This document shows positions 37,009-51,040 of a stretch of DNA of 64,000 bases, in pieces. A program made the position numbers and the translations under genes. Within the stretch, counting starts at the first letter, position 1. Each line of letters begins with the position of its first letter. The notes below the pieces were generated by a model. The model had not been told where the DNA came from, ran no database searches, and saw only the letters and a list, made by a program, of their open reading frames with translations. Source of the stretch: Azolla caroliniana (lineage: Eukaryota; Plantae; Polypodiophyta). The stretch spans positions 7,254,001 through 7,318,000 of the forward strand of contig JBHGNT010000005.1 of the NCBI GenBank assembly GCA_043228905.1, in the 5' to 3' direction.

Positions 37009-38599
37009 CTACCCTTCCTTCATATCCTGGGCCCTTGATTGGTGTAAGACGATAGCATCCTCATGATGTTCTTCCGATGGAGCTTTGCATTTCCCACTAG
37101 TCATGTTTCTCCTTGTTTCTACATCTATGGGAGTAGAAGCTACTATTTGAGAATATTTCTTCATATGGGTACTAGTATTGGTGCCAGTAGGAGCTACTAT
37201 TTGAGAAGATTTCTTCATATGGTTACTAGTATCGGTGCCAATATGAGTATTATTCCTTCGAAGGGAGCCGTACATGTTCTTCCGATCCATCTTATATGTC
37301 AAAAGGCAGAAAATAGTCACTTCTATTAGAAAAAAAGGGCAACTTACAAACCATTTAGTCTTCAAATTGCAATTGCATTCAGAACCATGTCTTATATATT
37401 ACCTCTTGGAATGGATAATTGTCATCCTCCAACAAATGCAGTACTTGACCCATCTTTGGTCGTTTGTACACATCCGAATCCACACATTGTATAGCTATGG
37501 CTAAGACTTGCTTCAAGGTTCTTAACGGTGGTTTTACATCCATCTTTGGATCTAAAACATCCTCGGATTGATGATTCGTCACCATTGATTTCAACCATTC
37601 CACCAAATTGACCTACAATACATAAATAAAAAATTTGATGCAAATATTGGCTATATGTGCCTGTAATTCAACTATGCAAGCTTGTCATAAATTAGATTGA
37701 ACCTAATGACAATACCAAAACTGGTGGAATATTTGGGGATTAATTAAGGAAGCAATGAGAGTAATAATGTGTATGTGCCTCCAAAAAGTATTATACACCA
37801 TTGTGTATCCAACAGAAAAATGAAGCCATAACTACATCACTGTTTTTATACCTCTCTAGAAGGCCTCCTAAAATCTACAGGAACTCGTCCTGTAACCACT
37901 TCCATAAGAAGCACCCCATAGCTATAGACATCGCTTTTCTCTGTTAACATGCCGGTAAGCGCATACTCTGGAGCAACATACCTGAGCACAAAACAACATA
38001 TCATGTCTCCAATTGGTGTCTTTTAATTAGGTCAATAGTAGTAATCCCCATAGCTACAAAAATATCATATCCCATCAAAGGTCAGAATACATATTTCTAT
38101 ACCTACAAACATATCATCTCCCAAACCAAGTCAAAATAAGTATTCGATAGCTATAAACGTATCACATCTCAAAATTAGGTCAAAATAGACACCCAAAAGC
38201 ACCAAAAACATATCATATACTAAATTAGGTTTTCTCCCTACCCTTTAAGTTAGGTTTTCAAAGCAGCCTCTCCTTTTCTTTCTCCCTCTACTAACAGTTT
38301 GAAAATAATGATAAACATCAACTTGGAAACCAATGGGAGGGGTTTTGTTTTCCTTTCTTGCATCTAAAAACCAGATTGCATCCTTTTAGCCACAAGACAC
38401 TGTGAAAATGTAGCTCCTTACCCAAAAGTGCCCATGACCCTTGTGGTGACATGGCTATTTTCTGTTCCTAAAAGCTTTGCTAGCCCAAAATCAGCAACTT
38501 TCGGATTCCACCGGTTGTCTAATAGGATATTACTGGACTTTATATCACGGTGCACTATTTTTGGCTCCAATCCCTCGTGTAAATAAGCCAATCTGTATG

Positions 38600-38679
<80 letters not shown>

Positions 38680-40969
38680 ATAGTATGAACCATACGTGCA
38701 TTCGCATTCGAGAATGTTTCAAAATTATATTTATTTATGCAAAATATAGGAAATTAACCTAGATATAATCATGTGTTTTAAATACTTCAAAACTTTAGAT
38801 TTACATTAAGCATTTTTATAATCATGTGTTTTAAATACTTCAAAACTTTAGATTTACATTAAGCATTTTTATAATCATGTGTTTTAAATACTTCAAAACT
38901 TTAGATTTACATTAAGCATTTTTATAATCATGTGTTTTAAATACTTCAAAACTTTAGATTTACATTAAGCATTTTTATAATCATGTGTTTTAAATACTTC
39001 AAAACTTTAGATTTACATTAAGCATTTTTTCATTCATGTTTGAGACAATTATGTAATCTAAACACACTAGATAACAACAACAACATTATTATTATACAAG
39101 CGTTCATTCAGATAAGACACAGAGTAGGGTATACGCTTTTGCTGTGCCAAGAACAATCTTCATTCGTATATCCCATGACAATGGTGGATAGTCACCTAAT
39201 TTGACTCCATGCAGCCATTGCTCCAAGTTTCCATTATCAATGTACTCATAAACAAGTAACCTAGAAAAAGATGGAGATACAAACACATTCAATAGACAAA
39301 TATCCATAAAAACCCAGTTAACAGACAACACGTTCAACAAATCCATTATATCTACACACAAAACAACTCCCAAACTTACAAAAAACAAAAAGTAGAAAAT
39401 CCGGGTAAAGAAACACTGGAAAATAAAACCTTTTTTACCATAAAAGAAGAGACAATTACCATAAGTAAAGAAGAAAGATGGTAAAACTTTCACCTTTGAG
39501 AGCCTTCCATGCAATATCCGATCAAGCGAACAAGGTTCTTGTGTCGAACACGGCCTATGGCTGTGACCTCTCTTTTAAATTCTCGTTCAGCTTGCCCCCT
39601 GCATAAAAAGACACATCTTTTGCTTTGAAAATTTTATTGAGGAGAAGCCAACATCATTGAGTGACAATATGCACTTTATCACAGCTATTCACGATAGTTC
39701 ACACTGATGATGAATGGATTATGGCTATTAATGTGAGCTAAAATCAATGAGTGTGTAGGAAGAGAGCTTCATGAAGAAGTCCTTCCTTCATATACAAAGA
39801 TTTTCATGCCATCATAACTTATATAATGAATTGCATTTACAAAGTACCATAAGATTTCACACATGCTTGAATGTGTGGAAAGCTTTCAAACCTTAATAAA
39901 ACAAAAAGTAGCTAAATATCCAAGTACATGCATACCTGTTATTAAGGAGGTTTTTCACTGCAATTCGAGTGCCATCCAGCAACTGGCCCCAATAGACAAT
40001 GCCATAAGAACCCTCACCCAGAACATTCTCATAAGAAAAGGAGTTTGTGGCAATCTCAAGCTCTCTCAATGTATACCAATGGCCCCAACCAAGATGAGAT
40101 ACCCCCGGCATAGGAGAAACACACATAGGTAAAGATGAAGACCCAACACACTCAGGATTTTCTGATCCATTTATATTTTCTTTTACTCCTCGATCAATAT
40201 GTCCATGGCTATCGATCATTATATGATCATTCATTCCAATAGGTGGTCGTTTCTTCATGTCAAATGGCCTTATTAATCCCTCTTGCCTGAATAATCCATT
40301 CTCATGTCTATGCTCTTGAAAAAATGGACTTAACCCATTATCATGTCCATGATTCAGATAGAACGGGCTTAATCTCTCTTTTCTGAATCTGTTCATTTCT
40401 CTATGATCTTGAAAGAAGGGATTAAATCCGTCTCTCCGAAATCCATTTTCATACATATAATCTTGTAGGTTTGGCGTTAACCTCTCTTGCCTCAATCCAT
40501 TCACATCACTACTCTCTTGAAGGAAGGGGCTTAAACCTGGCTCTTGCTTCAATACTAACTCTTTCCTCTGTCCATGATCTTCTAAAGTTGGCCTTACACT
40601 ATTATTACATCTATGCTCTTTCAGAGCTTTCTCAAGCCTTTGAGAAACACTGTAACCGTCTAACCCTCCTTCATCAATTCTATGTTTCACATCCTGCAAA
40701 GCATTACTTCTCAAGTTCCCATTAGCCAGGGCAATCCCATTCGATGGTATATTCTCTTGTTTCAAAGCAGACCTTGAAACTGGAACAGAACCTGGATTTC
40801 TTCCTATCAAAGACTTGCTCTTCTTATTCTTCTTTGAGGCCACCCATGATGAGAAGAAACACAGAATCACAATGAAAATAACTCCTATTCCAATGCAGAT
40901 CAATATCCATAACTTCAAACCAAATACTATGGTTCTCTTTGAAAGGGCACTGTCTAGATCAATATCCAT
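37009..40969 (-). CDS. RLCK-V family receptor-like Ser/Thr kinase (N-terminal TM helix, no ectodomain)
   Basis: [20 protein letters not shown] segment, [45 protein letters not shown] and YVAPEY motifs. Exons 40969-39936, 39598-39494, 39260-39135, 38592-38422, 37981-37852, 37612-37403 and 37290-37009 are all GT-AG and in frame. Confidence 0.93.
38764..39030. repeat. ~53-bp intronic tandem repeat (5 copies)
   Basis: ataatcatgtgttttaaatacttcaaaactttagatttacattaagcattttt, near-identical copies in kinase intron 3. Confidence 0.92.
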
Positions 40970-41815
40970 TCAGACCATGAATCCTAGAGTTCTCTATTTC
41001 AGAAAAATCATAAAGAAGTACCGAAATTCATAGAAATTCTCGTTTGAGAAAAGCCTCAAATCTGTATCCTCAACATTGACGCCTTGAATCCCTAGAAATA
41101 TCTATTAAGAAGACCTTCAAATCCCTAAAAATCCATATGCAGAAAAATCAAAACCTTAGATATCTATATGCAGAAAATCAATGTAGAACTCTAAAATCCC
41201 ACGTGCAGAACATTAAAAAGCCCGTAATCATGAAACCCCTCAAAACCCCACATTCCGGAAACTCTAAAATTTTCGCATTTAGAAAAAACCCATCAAAACT
41301 CTTAAAATTCTTATTAAAAATCCTGTAGTCAGAAAACCATCAAAACATTCAATCACTCGTATTACTACAGCCAAGCTGCTTCTTTTTCTTTGTCATAGCC
41401 TACCTTTCTGTAGAAACCTGAAGCAATACATATATGGATGTTTATATGTCGATTAGTTTTTGTCAAGAATCTTCGCCTTCAGGGTTATCTGATTCAGTGT
41501 TTTCATAAAGAGAGAGAGAGAGAGAGTTGCATGCAAAATCAAAACAAACAGACATAGAAGAAAAATGGAGCAGAGGACTATGAGTTGACAAGTGCAGTGA
41601 ATTGAGATTAGAATAGAAGGTGGATAGTCTAAATCATACATATTTTTGTGATTATCTAAATTTGGTGGGCACTCACACAAAAGCTAATTGATTCCTTCCT
41701 TCCTTCCTTCATAGTATGTCCAAAGCTATTCTATATATATGCCCTTGTCCACCACAATAAGTTGTCCGGGGTTTATTGATTCGGTCGACAACATTCTTAC
41801 ACATTTGAATATATT

Positions 41816-41856
<41 letters not shown>

Positions 41857-43113
41857 GACTCAACCTTTACACGATGCAATCTTGATGCCTATTACAATTA
41901 CCAATAGAGAATTCTTCCATGTGAGCCTTACCATTCATCTTTCTGCAAAAGTCCAGTAGGGCTAGTGTGGGAGAAGCTCATATTTCCTTGGCAAATCAAC
42001 TTATAGTTGGAAATAGGAACACTACGTCATGTGTGATGTACCATGTGACATGGAAGGCAAGGGATAATGAATCGATAAACCATATATACATATGTATATA
42101 TAAGTACAATTGGATGTCATGTCTTTGTGGAACCTTTGGTGGTGGCGAGGATAGTTCCCACTTTGTTCGTGCTCTTTTAGGCTCTCTAAAAATTAAGTGT
42201 GGCGTTGTTGATGTTATGTATTCACCTAAGCATGGACAAGGATAAAGGTAGAAGAGGATTCCATCTCCTTTTCACAAATCTAATGTTATGATCTCCACAC
42301 ACTTTGCTCACACTCTTTCAATCAAATTCAAAAACATTGAATGTCTCATTTCTTTGATGAACTTGATTGCGTTATGTGTTTCAAATGAATGCCACATTGT
42401 TTCAATTCTTGGAAAATCAAATTATGATTTCCAAAATGGAATATTGTCTTGTGAGGCCCGGAAAAGGGAATAGAAATGTAGGGCAATCTCATGTATTGTT
42501 TATTTTCATTTATCACCTACAAAGATTGTAATATTGATTGGTCCATATAGTGCAACATATGGGTACCTTTCAATACACCCATTGGTTCACTTCTTGAAAG
42601 TGCGAGTGATTGGTATCAATCACAATGAAGAATTAACCTAGAACACTTGTTTTACATATAAGATATTCATCATTTTGAATCCAATACACGTTGCAAAACC
42701 CCTTCAGCGTAGGTTTGCATCTCCATTAAATTTAGGTTTGCGTCTCCATTAAATTCTGCACCCACTTGGATGAGAAAAAATGAATGCCTATGGATGAGCA
42801 TGCATAAGTATACGATGCCACAAGTTACAAAAATTGTCGCATAATGTCTATTAGAAATTTAATTATAATGTAAGTAGTGTGAGGAAATGACGCTCGGCCA
42901 CAACCGAGTCTTTAACAAGGAATAGAAGAAAACAGACTAAAACAGAGATGACGCAAGATGTTTACGTGGAAAACCCTAAATGGGAAAAAACCACAGGAGC
43001 CCACAGACTCCAACTATCACTATATGGGGAGGATTACAATGTGAGACTCAGAGGCAACGACCTCGAGCTCTATGTCTTCGCCAACCGGCGGTTACAACAG
43101 AAAACTCGTTTTG

Positions 43114-43187
<74 letters not shown>

Positions 43188-45149
43188 GCTCTATGTACAA
43201 CGATACAACAACCACACTTCTGTGATTGCCCTAAGTCATATTTATACAAATATAGCCTCGGTAGGCTTACGCTAACATATTTACAAATATGTCCTTGGAT
43301 CCGATTTGCACCGGATTCACCCGATCCGGCTCCTCTGATTCTCATCCGGATCCCATCCAGAGGGGCCGAATTCCGGCATGGGATTTCTCATTATTCTAAT
43401 CCATCTTCGGCACGCATCCAACTTGTCAGTTGAAAGCACCTTGGTCAGCATATACGATCCGTTCTCCTTCGTGTGGATCTTCGTTAGCACGAAGTCTTGA
43501 TCTTCTACCTTCTCCCGGAGCCAGTGATATCTCCTATGGATGTGCTTGGTCCGGGAATGGTAGGCCGCATTCTTCGCAAGGTGGATGACACTTTGGTTGT
43601 CGTAGTAGAGCCAGAATTCCTCCTGCAGGATCCCCAACTCTCCGATGAAGTCCTTCACCCATATTATGTCCTTGTCGACTTCCACGGCTGCCATGTACTC
43701 TACTTCCGTTGTCGACGGTGCAACGAGCTTCTGCGGCCTCAACTGCCATGATATTGCTCCCCCTGCATAAGTCATGATATATCCGGATGTAGACCGGTTG
43801 GTATCCACATCAGCCGACATATCTGAATCCATGAATCCGTCAAGTTGGGGTTTACCGGAGCCAAACCGGAGGCACATACTCGAGGTGCCTTTCAGATACC
43901 GGAGTATCCACTTGACCACGTTCTGGTGCTCTCTTCCTGGATTGCTCATGAACCGACCGACTACTTCGACAACATGTGCAATATCCGACCGGGTGCACAC
44001 CATTGCGTACATTAAACTTCTGACGGCGGAGGCATATGGTATCTTCATCATATCCGACTTCTCTGCCTTTGTCTTCAGGCTCTGCTTTCCGGACAACTTG
44101 CAATTTGCCGGAAGTGTCGATCGACCGGTTTTGCATCCAACATGTTGAATCGTTGAAGCTTCTTCTTCCGGTCTCAGATGATGTGCATCCCAAAGATTTG
44201 TCTTGCCGGACCCAAGTCTTTAATGGAGAAGGTCCAGTTCAAGGCCTACTTCAGCATCCCAATTTTGGTTTGGTTTGGTTTGGTCTGATGATTAACATGT
44301 CATCCACATACAAAAGGAGTATCATGAAATCGCCTCCTTTGAATTTCTTCACAAACACGCAATGATCGGCTTGCGTTTTGTGGTACCCTTGATCGGTCAT
44401 GAAGGAGTCGAACTTCCGGTACCATTGTCGGGGTGCTTGCTTCAATCTGTATAAGCTCTTCTTCAGTCGGCACACCAGATGCGCCTTCCCTTTCTTCTCA
44501 AATCCTTCCGGTTGATGCATGTAGATCTCTTCTTCGAGGTCACCATGTAGGAATGTCGTCTTGACGTTCAGTTGCTCTACCTCGAGCTCCATGCTTATCG
44601 CTATGTTCAATATCGTTCGGATGGATGTCATCTTTACTACCGGGGTGAAGATCTCGTCGAAATCCACTCCTTTACCAGTCCATACTCTCTATGGTGTGTC
44701 TCCTTCCAAGGGTGTCGAGGGTGACCTATTAATCATGTATGTTGTCATCAACGCCTCAACCCAAAACGTCTTAGGTAACTTTGTATGTGCTAGCATGCTT
44801 CGGACCTCTCCATTATGGTCTAGTTCATTCGTTCGGCCAACCCGTTCAATTCCGGCATCTTCAACACAGTAAATTCGAGTCGGATTCCCTTTGACCAGTG
44901 TCGTGAAGTTTCGCGTGTGTGTGTTACTTGGGCGGGACCACGGGGGTCTTCAACTAGGGAGCACGAAGGGATAGAGATGACCCAAGGTTTGCTTTACGAC
45001 AATACTACTTCCTGACCCCTTCCCCAGCAAGGGCTTGTTGCCCCTTTTGTGGCACTGGTGCCTTTCGTTGATCATGACTCGTCAAGTTTTCAAGATCACC
45101 ACACGAGCCAAGTGATCAAACGGGTACAAGCAAAGATGAGCACGCAAGA

Positions 45150-45995
45150 TGAACGCACAAGGGGACAATAACACAAACACGAATGCTCGTACGTCTTTAT
45201 GAGGAGGAGAGGTGCATGGGCACGCCCGAACACTCCCTTGTCAAAAGACGGTCGAACGTACAAGGAAGACACAAAACACACGCACAAATGCTCGTACGCC
45301 TTTATGAGGAGTAGAGGTGCATGGGCAAGCCCGAACGCTCCCTTATCACAAGCCGACCGAACGTACAAGGAAGACATAAACACACACACAAATGCTCGTA
45401 CGTCTTTATGAGGAGGAGAGGTGCATGGGCACGCTCGAAACGCTCCCTCTTCACAAGACGGCCGAACGTACAAGGAAGACACAAACACACGCACAAAATG
45501 CTTGTACGCCTTTATGAGGAGGAGAGGTGCATGGGCACGCCCGAACGTTCCCACATCACAAGACAACTGAATGTACAAGGAAGACACAAACACACGCACA
45601 AAATGCTCGTACGCCTTTATGAGGAGGAGAGGTGCATGGGCACGCCTGAAACGCTCCCTTGTCACAAGACGGTTGAACGTCAAGGAAGACACAAACACAC
45701 ACCCAAAATGCTTGTATGCCTTTATGAGGAGGAGAGGTGCATGGGCACTCCTAAAACGCTCCCTCGTCACAAGACGACTGAACATACAAGGAAGACACAA
45801 ACACACGCACAAATGCTCTTACACCTGTATGAGGAGGAGAGGTGCATGGGCATGCTCGAAACGTTCCCTCATCACAAGATGGCCGAATGTACAAGGAAGA
45901 CAAAAACACACGCACAAATGTTTGTACACCTTTATGAGGAGGAGAGGGGCATGGGCACGCCCGAAACGCTCCCTCGTCACAAGACGGTCGAACGT
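45150..45995. repeat. 105-bp tandem array (8 copies) inside the solo LTR
   Basis: tttatgaggaggagaggtgcatgggcac recurs at ~45196, 45301, 45405, 45511, 45616, 45721, 45826 and 45931. Confidence 0.93.
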
Positions 45996-46507
45996 ATTAA
46001 GGGTTTGATTACAATGTGGCAACTTCTAATTAACCACAAGCTCAACAAAACATAAATATTAAATGCCCTTAGAGACAAAAGCAAATCCGAACACGGAGCA
46101 CAAACACGACGAAGACGAACAGACGAGCACCACAAAAATGCCAACCCCTACGAACCACGACCACCCGAACGACAAGCACATGGGCTCACAACGTCGAACA
46201 GGGGCAAAGCAGCGTCGAACCAACAAAACTCAGGCTCACGAGCACCGTAAACGAGCACTTCGAGTGCCAACGCGAAGAAGACGAGCACGTGGCGATGAGG
46301 GAATGAAGGGGTAAGAGATGAAGAGAAATGGTGAAAAAGAATATGAAGAGCTAGAGGTCCAAAGGAAAAATGGCAATAGTCTCCTCCTCCCAAAATGTCC
46401 TCCCAAATGAGCCCTTGTCAACCTCCTTTTATAGGAAAAAAAAGAAAGGGGATCGCCAATTTTGTCTTCAATGAAAAAGGAATAAAATTCCTTAAATCAC
46501 GCGGCAT

Positions 46508-46578
46508 TGTAAGATTGGATTTGAACAATGCACCTCTAGTTAGAAGACAATGTGATTATCCGTTAGTCCATTAACTCC
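46508..46578 (-). pseudogene. Degenerate tRNA-Arg(UCU)-derived sequence
   Basis: Minus strand reads tggactaacggataa (A box/D arm), ttgtcttctaa (anticodon TCT), gttcaaatcc (B box). The stems are decayed, so it is not a functional tRNA. Confidence 0.6.
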
Positions 46579-49092
46579 CTCTTAAATAATATATAATTCT
46601 ATATCTACAAATTCAAAGCCTACCTCCCCTTTACTTTTTATCTCTCCTCTCTCTTACTTTTTACACGAGCTTTTATACCTCCTTTCCACCCTTTCTTTTC
46701 ACTTTTCTTTTGAATGTGCACAATTAATTGCCTTTGTGTGCACACACATTGCACATGCATATTTTGACCCCTCCCTTTTCACCGATTTTTCCCAATCTTG
46801 AGCACGCCACATCACGACACCGGTAGTACTCCTCGAACTGCCCCTAGTATTCTCCTCCGTTATCTGCTCGAACCGCCCTCAGCTTCCGGCTGGTTTCTCT
46901 TCTTTCCACTCTTGCGTGGAGCTCCTTAAAGACAGACAACACCTGATCCTTCGTCTTCAACGGTGAGACCCACACTTCTGGTTGTGGTCATCTATGAATG
47001 TCACGAAGTACTACGATCCGGCATGTGACTTGGTGTCGACTTGACACACATCAGTATGCACTAGTTCCATTAGTGCATTCCGTCTCATTGGTGGTCTTGA
47101 CCGGAAGGAGGTTCAGTTTTGCTTGTCGACCAAGCAATCGGTGCACTTATCAAGATGCACATCTTTCACCTCCGGAATGAGGTTATCTTCGGCAAATCTT
47201 CTCATCCCCTTCTAGCTCATGTGGCATAGTCTCTTGTGCCATAGCTCATCGACAGTGTCAGATGCTACGTTCACTTCTTCACGAAATATTCGAACCTGCA
47301 TCAGGTACAGTGTGTTTATCTTCCGGGCTCGAGCCACAATCAAGCTTACCTTGTTGAACGTCATGACTCCATTCCGGATGCTATCCGTGTAGCCTTCATC
47401 ATCTAGCTGACCGGCTAATATCAGGTTCAACCGAACCTCCGGAACGTGTCGAACATCTTTCAACAGCAACTTGCATGCGGTTGATGTCGTCATCAACACA
47501 TCTCCTATGCTGACAATTTGGCATGTACCTTCATTCCTCATCCGGATACAACCGTGATCTCCGGCTATGTAGGATGAGAAGCATTTCCGGTCCGATGTCA
47601 GATGGAACGATGCTCCGGAATCAACAACCCACGTTGTCTCGTCGCCAACAAGGTTTAACTCATTCTCCTCGGTAATGAGCATCAATTCTTCTTCACTTGT
47701 CGCGATTGTCGACGTTCCCTTCTGATCCGAGCCTCTCCGGTCCAAACCGTTTCGATCCGAACTCTTCTTCGAATCAGTATTGTCGGTCCCTTTCTCTTTT
47801 CGGTAATGCCGACAGTTCTTCTGGAAGTGCCCCGGGTTTCTGCAATAAAAGCAAGTGGGCCTTCGACTTGTCCCCGATCTCGTCCCCGACTTGTCCCGGT
47901 TTTGGGGACTCTGATACCGGTCTCTTCCCCGGTTTTGGTCATCTTCCGTGACCAAGGCCTTCGGATCGGTTCCGGTCTCTCAGTCCTTCCGGCGAGCTTC
48001 TTCATCGGTTCCGATTTCTTGTCCCAGAACTATACCGGCAGCCAGAGATCTTTGACCACGAGCATGTCCCTCATCTTCGACTTCCACATTGAGTAGGTGG
48101 AGCCAATGGGCTTGAACATGCCGCCAAATGATTCTTCCATTTCCTTTGTTCGCTCTGATACTAGTTTGTGAGGAAATGATGCTCGGCCACAACCGAGTCT
48201 TCAACAAGGAATAGAAGAAAACAGACTAAAACAGAGATGACACAGGATGTTTATGTGGAAAACCCTAAATGGGAAAAAACCACAGGAGCCCATGGACTCC
48301 AACTATCACTATAAAGGGAGGATTACAATGTGAGACTCAGAGGCAACAACCTCAAGCTCTATGTCTTCGCCAACCGGCGGTTACAACAGAAAACTCGTTT
48401 TGTATCTCTCTCTCTCTCACACACACACGCTCTATGTACAACGATGATACAACAACCACATTTCTGTGATTGCCCTAAGTCATATTTATACTCATATGAC
48501 TTAGGCCTATTTACAAATATAGACTCGGTTGGCTTACTCTAACATATTTACAAATATGTCCTTGCATTAGGTTTGCACCGGATCGATTCAAATTCACCTG
48601 ATCCGATTTCCGGGTCTTATCCGGTGTCGTGAAGAATTTCGTCCAGAGGCGGAAACCGGGAAATATTGGCTACATCGGCGGGGTGCACCATGTGCACTCA
48701 CCCTCATGTAATACATACTTTTGCGTCTGTCTGTGTATACTCCTGTCTCTGTTGGTGTCAGGTGCTTCCCCTTTCCTGCGTTCCTACACATAAGGGCGTG
48801 AGTCGGGTCGGTGTGTGTGTGCGTGTGTGCGTGAGTCGGTGTCAAGCGCACCCTCCCTCTCTGTCTCCCTCTCTTTCTCTCTCTCGTTTGGTTGCTTCCG
48901 GTGTGCTCCTGGGGTGCCCCAAAGAGGGTGAAGCACGACTTCCTACGCTCCGTCACTCCCTAGTCCAAGACCCCTGTGGTCCCGCCTTTCTACACGCACG
49001 CGCGTAACAACGCGACACCAGATCCGACTCCTCCGGTTCTCATCTGGATCCCATCCGGAGGGACCGAATTCCCAACAAGTAGACACAACATT

Positions 49093-49620
49093 TAGGTAAT
49101 ATTGCATGCAAATTTAATGTTTTGTCTATTAATCTCAACTTCTTGATGGCAATATAACTAGAAAAATAAACCATGTTGTCTAGGTAATATTGCATGCAAA
49201 TTTAATGTTCTCTCCCTTAATCTCAACTTCTTGAGGGCAATATAGCTAGAAAAAATAAAGCATGTTTTCTAGGTAATATTGCATGCAATGATATTCTCTC
49301 CCATAATCTCAACTTCTTGAGGGCAATATAGCGAGAAAAAATAAACCATGTTTTCTAGGTAATATTGCATGCAATAATGTTTTCTCCATTAATCTCAAAT
49401 TCTAGAGGACAATATAACAAGAAAAAATAAATCATGTTGTCTAGGTAATATTGCATGCAAATTTAATGTTTTCTCCATTAATCTCAACTTCTTGAGGGCA
49501 ATATAGCTAGAAAAATTAAACCATGTTATGTTGTCTAGGTAATATTGCATGCAAATTTAATGTTTTCTACATTAACCTCAAAACTTTTTGAGGGCAATAT
49601 AACTATAAAAAATAAACCAT
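49093..49620. repeat. ~88-bp tandem array (6 copies)
   Basis: taggtaatattgcatgcaa recurs at ~49093, 49181, 49270, 49356, 49442 and 49536. Confidence 0.92.
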
Positions 49621-49976
49621 ACATAAGATAACAGACTCACAAGACCATGTAACCCCTTACTTTAAACATCCATTGGATGTCAGGGGTTAATAAAATAAGG
49701 GTTGTCTTGGATTTACTTAACATAAATGGTTCAGGTTATGAAACTCTGTAATCGTAGAAATAGAGCTATTCTTTCGGAATTTCCCAATGTGCATGTAGCT
49801 TAGTTTTGACAGATACTGAGTTGTGTATTTCCATAGTTTACAGTAAAAAAATCAAGCAAATACTTAAAAAATCCTCATCATGAAAGTAGTCACAAGTTAA
49901 CAAGATCCTTGAAATTAGTTGTTTGGCTATAAACTTAAATGGCATCACATCTGTAAATGGAAAATCATATAGAAAG

Positions 49977-51040
49977 TTTCTTGGCATTCTTCAGCAAAAC
50001 ACCTTCATGACAATGATGATCTTGACAATGAGGTTCTCTTAGAAATTCACGACATGCATGGAATGGAGGTTATATCATACATTTCATAAAACCCATGGAC
50101 ACAGTAACCATGCAAGCTCGACGCTTTGTGAAAAAGACCTTGCACACCAACTTTCTTGGCATTCTTCAGCAAAACACCTTCATGACAACAATGATCTTGA
50201 CAATGAGGTTTTCTCTTAGAAATTCATGACATACATGGAATGGAGGTTATATCATACATTTCATAAAACCCATGGACGCAGTACCCATGCAAGCTCGACG
50301 CTTTGTGAAAAAGACCTTGCACACCAACTTTCTTGGCATTCTTCAGCAAAACACCTTCATGACAACGATGATCTTGACAATGAGGTTTTCTCTTAGAAAT
50401 TCACGACATACATGGAATGGAGGTTATATCATACATTTCATAAAACCCATGGACGCAGTAACCATTCAAGCTCGACGCTTTGTGAAAAAGACCTTGCACA
50501 CCAACTTTCTTGGCATTCTTCAGCAAAACACCTTCATGACAACGATGATCTTGACAATGAGGTTTTCTCTTAGAAATTCACGACATACATGGAATGGAGG
50601 TTATATCATACATTTCATAAAACCCATGGACGCAGTAACCATTCAAGCTCGACGCTTTGTGAAAAAGACCTTGCACACCAACTTTCTTGGCATTCTTCAG
50701 CAAAACACCTGCAAGACAACGATGATCTTGACAATGAGGTTTTCTCTTAAAAATTCACGACATACATGGAATGGAGGTTATATCATACATTTCATAAAAC
50801 CCATGGACGCAGTAACCATGCAAGCTCGACGCTTTGTGAAAAAGACCTTGCACACCAACTTTCTTGGCATTCTTCAGCAAAACACCTTCATGACAACGAT
50901 GATCTTGACAATGAGGTTTTCTCTTAGAAATTCGCGACATACATGGAATGGAGGTTATATCATACATTTCATAAAACCCATGGACGCAGTAACCATGCAA
51001 GCTCGACGCTTTGTGAAAAAGACCTTGCACACCAACTTTC
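49977..51040. repeat. 177-bp tandem array (6 copies, near-identical)
   Basis: tttcttggcattcttcagcaaaacacc recurs at 49977, 50152, 50329, 50506, 50683 and 50860. Confidence 0.95.

Larger units (their letters stand above)
44899..46819 (-). mobile_element. 1.92-kb solo-LTR-like insertion in the copia integrase
   Basis: Ends TGTCGTGA...TCACGACA (8-bp inverted). Flanks ccag/ccgg form a 4-bp TSD with a CpG transition. Removing it restores EEYYR/SKGIRLEFTV. Minus-strand TATA cctataaaagg at ~46424-46434. Confidence 0.82.
42878..49077 (-). mobile_element. Decayed Ty1/copia (Tnt1/Tork-like) element
   Basis: TSD AGTAG at 42873-42877 and 49078-49082. 5' LTR 48167-49077. iMet-type PBS tagtatcagagc at 48163-48152. 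Gag ATG at 48140, knuckle CFYCRNPGHFQKNC, protease WVVDSGASFH, integrase DNGGEY and PELNGLAERMN, RT YRLKQAPRQW and LLYVDDML, RNase H. The 3' LTR 42878-~43372 is internally deleted and has lost its terminus and PPT. Confidence 0.93.

Noticed and set aside
45096-46055. 238-aa and 244-aa repetitive ORFs
   Set aside because: They are translations of the 105-bp LTR array, and frames switch between units through indels.
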